Source of the DNA: Chlamydiia bacterium
GTDB lineage: Bacteria; Chlamydiota; Chlamydiia; Chlamydiales; 2-12-FULL-49-11
Length of the DNA: 10,118 nt
Direction of reading: 5' to 3'
Assembly (NCBI GenBank): GCA_044359535.1
Contig: JBIKLZ010000035.1
Coordinates: forward strand, 1-10,118
Shown one piece after another: positions 5,104 through 10,118 of this stretch. Made by a program: the position numbers and the translations under genes. The notes beneath the pieces were generated by a model. It did no database searches and was not told the origin of the DNA. It saw only the letters and a list, made by a program, of their open reading frames with translations. Position 1 is the first letter of the stretch, and every line of letters starts with the position of its first letter.

Positions 5104-5958
5104 TTACTCTTGTCCTTCTGGAACTTTCATTGAAGGAGACAACACCTTTTTCATCTTTTCTTTTAATGTGAGAGGCTTTTGAACTTCCTTTGAGCCTTCT
5201 TGACTATGTAGAGGGGCCAAAGGGGCTTCAGAAATAAGATTTGGGTCCTCAAGTGATGGGAAAAGGGGATTTTTTAAGGGTGCAGATTCAGCTCCTTCTT
5301 CAAAAATAGTGGAGGCTTTTTTTTCATTTTGACTATTGATGATATCCTGATATTTATGAATGCTGTCAGAAATAAGGGATTCTGGGGGGGTTAAAAGATG
5401 GCTAAAAAGTGCTTTTTGAACGGGTTGCTCTCCTGATAGAGGGGTTAAAGATTCCTTTTCAACCCTTTTTCTATCTTTAGAATTTCTCTTATTTTGACCT
5501 TTCTTTGGATGCTTTTCTTTTGAAATACTTTTTGGAGATTCGCTTAATTCTACACTCTCAGTGGGTTCTTGGACCTCCCCTTCCTGTAGCTTTTGATCCT
5601 CTTTTTCTTTCTGATGTTCCTTAGAAGGCTTTTGTTTCTTTTTGTCTTTGGCTTTTTCTAAAGATTGCTTATTTGTCGATTCTGAACCTGAGCCAATCTT
5701 GATAGAGCTTTCTGTAGCCGCTTTCAACGCAAGACGTACTTGCCGCACTTGCTCTATTTCAAAATCTTGAGCTGGAACAAAAAAGGTGTGTGCCGGCTCC
5801 CCTGATCTATAGAAATAGGTTGTTCCAAAACAAACCACTTCAACAGCATCGACTAAATAGGTTGCCCCCCCTTCGTTTTTTGTATTTTTGATTTTTAATT
5901 TATACTCTTCTTTTGCTGATATGATGGTTTCTAGTATTGGTTCTCTTGTAAAATGCAT
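5104..5958 (-). CDS. grgA: GrgA-family Chlamydiae-specific transcription factor (CT504 homologue)
   Basis: N-terminus MHFTREPILETIISAKEEYKL...VDAVEVV.FG...F..PA.DFE resembles C. trachomatis CT504 ([21 protein letters not shown]...) from memory. K/E-rich middle and LLTPPESLIS motif. Lies directly downstream of gap, as CT504 does of CT505. Confidence 0.85.
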   Translation of the reverse strand: MHFTREPILETIISAKEEYKLKIKNTKNEGGATYLVDAVEVVCFGTTYFYRSGEPAHTFFVPAQDFEIEQVRQVRLALKAATESSIKIGSGSESTNKQSLEKAKDKKKQKPSKEHQKEKEDQKLQEGEVQEPTESVELSESPKSISKEKHPKKGQNKRNSKDRKRVEKESLTPLSGEQPVQKALFSHLLTPPESLISDSIHKYQDIINSQNEKKASTIFEEGAESAPLKNPLFPSLEDPNLISEAPLAPLHSQEGSKEVQKPLTLKEKMKKVLSPSMKVPEGQE

Positions 5959-5982
5959 AATTTATCTCTTCTCTTTAAACTT

Positions 5983-6984
5983 TTATATTGTTGATGCGAT
6001 ATATCTCATCAAATCACAGACTCTATTTGCGTATCCCCACTCGTTATCATACCAAGCAACTAACTTAAAGAAATTTCCGTTTAATTCTATTGATGCACCC
6101 ACATCTAGTATTGATGATAGGATACACCCTTTAAAGTCAGTGGATACCACTGGATCGTCTGTTACACCCAATATCCCCTTTAAAGAACCAAGGGAATGAG
6201 CTTTCATTACCCTTACAATCTCTTCTAGGGACGTACTTTTTTCAACTCTTACAGTTAAATCGACCACTGAAACATCATTGACAGGAACTCTAAAAGCCAT
6301 CCCTGTTAATTTTCCATCTAAAGAAGGAATGATCTTACCGACTGCTTTAGCAGCGCCAGTACTTGATGGAATAATGTTGTCTAAAATAGCCCTTCCGCCA
6401 CGTCTATCTTTTTTTGAAAGGCTATCTTGCACTTTTTGTGTGGCTGTCACTGCATGAACTGTTGTCATTAGCCCTTCTACCACTGTAAAGGTGTCATGGA
6501 CCACTTTTACAAGGGGAGCTAAACAATTTGTTGTGCATGATGCACAAGAAACAATGTTGTCTATTTTAGGATCATATTCTCTATGATTGACTCCCATAAC
6601 AAACATTTTTGCATCCGATGGCGCTGTGATAATGACCCTTTTTGCACCTGCTTCTAAATGCTTTTTAGCACCTTCAAGAGTTGTATAGATCCCTGTGGCC
6701 TCTATTACAAAGTCTACAGGGATATCAAAATAGGGAAGCTCCTTTGGATCTGCTTTTGCAAATACAGGGATCTTCTTTTCATCGATACATAAAAAATGAT
6801 CCTCAGCATGAATTTTTTTATGAAGGGCTCCATGAATAGTATCATATTTAAGAAGGTAGGCTAAACATTCTGGTGTTCCTAAATCATTTATGAGAACAAT
6901 CTCATAATTTGGATCCTCCAATAATGCTCTACATACCAATCTACCTATTCTTCCAAAACCACTTATTGCAACTTTCTTTTTCAT
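5983..6984 (-). CDS. gap: Type I glyceraldehyde-3-phosphate dehydrogenase
   Basis: GFGRIGR Rossmann motif, [10 protein letters not shown] catalytic Cys motif, [26 protein letters not shown]. Confidence 0.98.
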   Translation of the reverse strand: MKKKVAISGFGRIGRLVCRALLEDPNYEIVLINDLGTPECLAYLLKYDTIHGALHKKIHAEDHFLCIDEKKIPVFAKADPKELPYFDIPVDFVIEATGIYTTLEGAKKHLEAGAKRVIITAPSDAKMFVMGVNHREYDPKIDNIVSCASCTTNCLAPLVKVVHDTFTVVEGLMTTVHAVTATQKVQDSLSKKDRRGGRAILDNIIPSSTGAAKAVGKIIPSLDGKLTGMAFRVPVNDVSVVDLTVRVEKSTSLEEIVRVMKAHSLGSLKGILGVTDDPVVSTDFKGCILSSILDVGASIELNGNFFKLVAWYDNEWGYANRVCDLMRYIASTI

Positions 6985-7032
6985 TTATTCCTTATAGGAG
7001 TATGAATGTTTTTTTCATCAACTATTGTTCTA

Positions 7033-7061
7033 ATAATAGAAGAGACTCAATGAAAAGTAAA
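7033..7061 (-). promoter_or_regulatory. Possible internal promoter for gap-grgA
   Basis: Minus strand: TTTACT (7061-7056), 17 bp, TATTAT (7038-7033), in the 97-bp rplQ-gap gap. AT-rich, so a chance match is possible. Confidence 0.35.
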
Positions 7062-7081
7062 GATGTGATTGCAGCCTTAGC

Positions 7082-7504
7082 TTAAACACACTCAATGAAG
7101 CAGGTTAATGCAGCATCGCCCACTCTTTTTTCAGAAAGAACGATTCTTGTATACCCACCAGGTCTTTCTTTATAGCGAGGACCTAATACATTAAATAGCT
7201 TATCCATTACAATTCTATCAATATTGTACATAGAAGTGTCCCCTTCTTTTGCCTTTCTTGCTTCTTTAGGTGTTAAAGAATTAAAATGCAATCCAAGGTG
7301 AGATAAAACTAATCTTCTTGCATGTAAAGTATCATTTTTAGCTAGAGTTACTAAAGGTTCAAAAACCTTTTTTAATTCTTTCGCCTTTGCTTTAGTGGTC
7401 GATATCGTCTCATGTTTAATTAGCTCTTTGGCCAAATTTCTCATCAACGCCTTTTTATGCGCCGTTGTCCTATTAAGCTTTGTCTTATTGTTTCTGTGTC
7501 TCAT
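7082..7504 (-). CDS. rplQ: 50S ribosomal protein bL17
   Basis: MRHR...KLNRTTAHKKALMRNLA...TTKAKAKELK...RPGGYTRI...RVGDAA, with the chlamydial-type insertion (NSLTPKEARKAKEGDTSMYNIDR). Confidence 0.97.
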   Translation of the reverse strand: MRHRNNKTKLNRTTAHKKALMRNLAKELIKHETISTTKAKAKELKKVFEPLVTLAKNDTLHARRLVLSHLGLHFNSLTPKEARKAKEGDTSMYNIDRIVMDKLFNVLGPRYKERPGGYTRIVLSEKRVGDAALTCFIECV

Positions 7505-7515
7505 TTCTTTGTCCC

Positions 7516-8613
7516 TTAAGCTTTATCCGCTAACGTTTTAACCATTTCTTTTACATTTTCACGAGTGATACCATATTTAGAAAGATCCATTCCCAAATAC
7601 AGTTCCATCTCATCTAGTTTAGCCTTAATTTCATTTAAAGACTTTTTACCAAAGTTTCTAAATTTCAACATATCTGGCTCTGGCATAATTACAAGTTCTG
7701 CAATAGTGTCAATGTTTGCCTGTTGAAGGCAATTTGTAGACCTTACTGATAACTCAATTTCATTAATTTTAAGATACAATTTATTTAAAAGTGTATCTCT
7801 ATCCCCTTCTAACTCTTCTTGGTCATCCTCATAAGAAATTGTCTGAAAACGCATTTCATCAAAAACTGAGAAATGAAGATTTGCAATTTGAGTTGCATAA
7901 GTGAGCGCTTCTTTTGGGGTAATACGTCCATCTGTAGTGATTTCTAAAACCAATCTATCCATGTCTGTTTCTCCCCCTACCCTAGCGTTTTCAACAAAGT
8001 AGTTGATAATTCTAACAGGTGAGAAAATGGCATCGATATAAATTTCGTTTACTACTTTATTAGGAAGCTTGATCTCTTCAGACGGTTTATATCCACGTCC
8101 AATAACTACTTTAAATGCAATTCTTCGGGTCATCGGCTTTGTTACAGTAAAAAGAACATGATCCTTATTAAGGACTTCAAACTCACCATCTGCAACCACA
8201 TCACCAAGAGTGACTTTGTAAGAACCTTTAGCTCCTTCTATCATATCGGAAGTGACCTCAAGTTCTTTTACGATTGTCTTTACAGATCGAGCTGAGGGAT
8301 CATCTCCCATTGGAAGCCTTCTTAATAAAGCCCCTTTGACATTTAAAATGATTAAAGTCATATCCTCAATAATACCTTCACAGGCCATATACTCATGGGA
8401 AAATCCCTCAAGCTCAATTGAGACAATGGCTGGTGACTCTAAAGAAGTTAACATGATTCTTCGAAGAGAGGTTCCTATAGTGTGACCAAAACCTCTTTCA
8501 AAAGGGCCAGCAATAATACGAGCCTTTTTATTGAAGTCTTCCTCCTCTTGAGCTTCGATTTTCACCTTTGTAGGTAGTTCAAATTTTCCATATTTTATTA
8601 TTGGCTTATGCAT
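7516..8613 (-). CDS. rpoA: DNA-directed RNA polymerase subunit alpha
   Basis: PFERGFGHTIGTSLRR, IDAIFSPV, alpha-CTD IELSVRSTNCL...FRNFGKKSLNEI; located between rpsK and rplQ. Confidence 0.98.
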   Translation of the reverse strand: MHKPIIKYGKFELPTKVKIEAQEEEDFNKKARIIAGPFERGFGHTIGTSLRRIMLTSLESPAIVSIELEGFSHEYMACEGIIEDMTLIILNVKGALLRRLPMGDDPSARSVKTIVKELEVTSDMIEGAKGSYKVTLGDVVADGEFEVLNKDHVLFTVTKPMTRRIAFKVVIGRGYKPSEEIKLPNKVVNEIYIDAIFSPVRIINYFVENARVGGETDMDRLVLEITTDGRITPKEALTYATQIANLHFSVFDEMRFQTISYEDDQEELEGDRDTLLNKLYLKINEIELSVRSTNCLQQANIDTIAELVIMPEPDMLKFRNFGKKSLNEIKAKLDEMELYLGMDLSKYGITRENVKEMVKTLADKA

Positions 8614-8651
8614 ATCTTTTTATTCTCCAAAATTTTTTACTACAGTGAACT

Positions 8652-9065
8652 CTATACTCTTCTTGTCTTTCTCGCTCTGCAACCGTTATGATCTACCGGT
8701 GTGATATCTTTAATCACAGTGATTGTTAGTCCACCGCTTGCTAATCCACGAATAGCAGATTCTCGTCCGGCACCAGGACCTTTAAGCTTTACCTCAATTT
8801 CTTTCATTCCCATTCCAGCTACAGTCTTTGCAACATCTTGAGCTGCAACTGTGGCAGCAAATCCTGTAGACTTTCTTGAGCCAGAAAAATTAACTTTTCC
8901 CCCTGAAGCCCAAGCAACAACATTTCCATGTGGATCGGTTACTGTGATGATAGTATTATTAAAAGTTGCTTTAATATGAGCCACACCACTTGATATGGAA
9001 CGCTTTTTCTTTGCCTTTACAGGCTTTTTTTTCATTACTTTTTTTACTGCAATATCTTTAGCCAA
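8652..9065 (-). CDS. rpsK: 30S ribosomal protein uS11
   Basis: [39 protein letters not shown] start with GAGG SD. Confidence 0.97.
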   Translation of the reverse strand: MAKDIAVKKVMKKKPVKAKKKRSISSGVAHIKATFNNTIITVTDPHGNVVAWASGGKVNFSGSRKSTGFAATVAAQDVAKTVAGMGMKEIEVKLKGPGAGRESAIRGLASGGLTITVIKDITPVDHNGCRARKTRRV

Positions 9066-9083
9066 TCTCTACTTCCTCACGTG

Positions 9084-9452
9084 TTATTTTTTCTTGTTTG
9101 CTACAGTTTTTTTCTTACCTTTACGAGTTCTTGCATTGGTGCTTGTTCTTTGACCGCGCACAGGCAATCCAAGACGGTGTCTTGTCCCCCTGTAACATCC
9201 AATTGTAATCAATCTTTTGATATTTGATTGAACTTCGCGTCTTAAGTCCCCTTCAACAAGATAGGTATTTTGAAGATGAGAAGTTAACTGTGCAACTTGA
9301 GCCTCTGTTAGCTCTTCTGCTTTCATATCTTCGCTTAAATTAAGCGACTTAATTACATCAGCTGATCTTTTTGGTCCAATTCCGTATACATATGTTAACG
9401 CTATTACTAAACGTTTTTTCTTTGGAATATCAGCTCCGGCTATTCTTGGCAT
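9084..9452 (-). CDS. rpsM: 30S ribosomal protein uS13
   Basis: MPRIAG...ALTYVYGIG...EGDLRRE...[25 protein letters not shown]. Confidence 0.98.
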   Translation of the reverse strand: MPRIAGADIPKKKRLVIALTYVYGIGPKRSADVIKSLNLSEDMKAEELTEAQVAQLTSHLQNTYLVEGDLRREVQSNIKRLITIGCYRGTRHRLGLPVRGQRTSTNARTRKGKKKTVANKKK

Positions 9453-9470
9453 ATTTCATTAATCCTATAT

Positions 9471-10118
9471 TTAAAATTTTCCTGTTACTCTGTTTTTAGA
9501 CATAAACCCTTCATATCTTTGCGTTATCAGATGAGATTCTATTTGCTGACTCACATCTAGAACAACCCCTACTAAAATCAAAATGGAGGTTCCACCAAAG
9601 AATTGAGATATTGTAGGATCCACCGATAATAATTTCCCTACTATTGTAGGCAAAATCGCAATAAAAGCCAGAAAAAAAGCACCGATTGTTGTTATTCTTG
9701 TCATGGAGTGTTTTATGTAGTCTTCCGTAGCCTTTCCTTGGCGTACTCCAGGGATAAATGCCCCACTTTTTATCATTTCTGAAGCGATTTTATCAGGTCT
9801 AAATTGAAGAGAGGTCCAAAGAAAAGTAAAAACGATAATAAGAGTTACAAATAAAATAATGTACCCTAATGATCCTGGAGCTAGATATCCAGCTAAATTA
9901 TTGATAATCTGTGAGCGTTTGATTAACATAGCCACAGTTGCAGGAAACATCAGAAGGGATGAGGCAAAGATCACAGGCATGATTCCAGCAAAATTAATTT
10001 TTAATGGTATAAAAGGAGATTTTTTACTCTCACCTGTACTATCAATGGATCTGCGCGCATACTGAATAGGGATCTTTCGTACCCCTTGAAGAATCATAAC
10101 TGTACCGACAATAATTGC
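9471..10118 (-). CDS. secY: Preprotein translocase subunit SecY (C-terminal part; 5' end outside window)
   Basis: RKIPIQYA, IPLKINFAGIMPVIFASS, FIPGVRQG, GGTSILILVGV. The frame stays open to the window edge (AIIVGTV precedes the ORF-track Met at 10097). Confidence 0.97.
   Translation of the reverse strand, partial: AIIVGTVMILQGVRKIPIQYARRSIDSTGESKKSPFIPLKINFAGIMPVIFASSLLMFPATVAMLIKRSQIINNLAGYLAPGSLGYIILFVTLIIVFTFLWTSLQFRPDKIASEMIKSGAFIPGVRQGKATEDYIKHSMTRITTIGAFFLAFIAILPTIVGKLLSVDPTISQFFGGTSILILVGVVLDVSQQIESHLITQRYEGFMSKNRVTGKF

Noticed and set aside
5384-5871. G7 (5384-5390) and C7 (5865-5871) tracts in grgA as phase-variation sites
   Set aside because: Short, explained by Pro-Pro and Gly-Gly codons, frame intact, and the gene is probably important.
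5888-6199. 103-aa plus-strand ORF
   Set aside because: Antisense to gap and grgA; no SD or motifs.
8252-8485. 77-aa plus-strand ORF
   Set aside because: Antisense shadow of rpoA.
9859-10065. 68-aa plus-strand ORF
   Set aside because: Antisense shadow of secY.

Overview
AT-rich chromosomal window from a member of the phylum Chlamydiae, most likely an environmental (non-Chlamydiaceae) lineage. The evidence is the gene order secY-rpsM-rpsK-rpoA-rplQ-gap-grgA (no adk/map/infA/rpmJ/rpsD in the cluster), the rpsU-dnaJ pair, the L17 and RpoA insertions, and a GrgA homologue. Left arm (+): 3' end of an unannotated ORF (possible 2OG-Fe(II) oxygenase fold), rpsU, dnaJ, a probably exported alpha/beta hydrolase, and TspO. 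Right arm (-): partial secY, rpsM, rpsK, rpoA, rplQ, gap, grgA and tRNA-Leu(UAA). Between the two conserved blocks is an accessory patch of about 3 kb. Its most notable members are a 208-aa protein that looks like two tandem copies of the eukaryotic protein C10 (C12orf57/GRCC10) domain, and an exported protein built from near-identical 90-bp repeats with a GEGYFCALPF Cys/Tyr motif. No integrase, IS or CRISPR array was seen. All homology calls are by eye from remembered family sequences; no searches were run.
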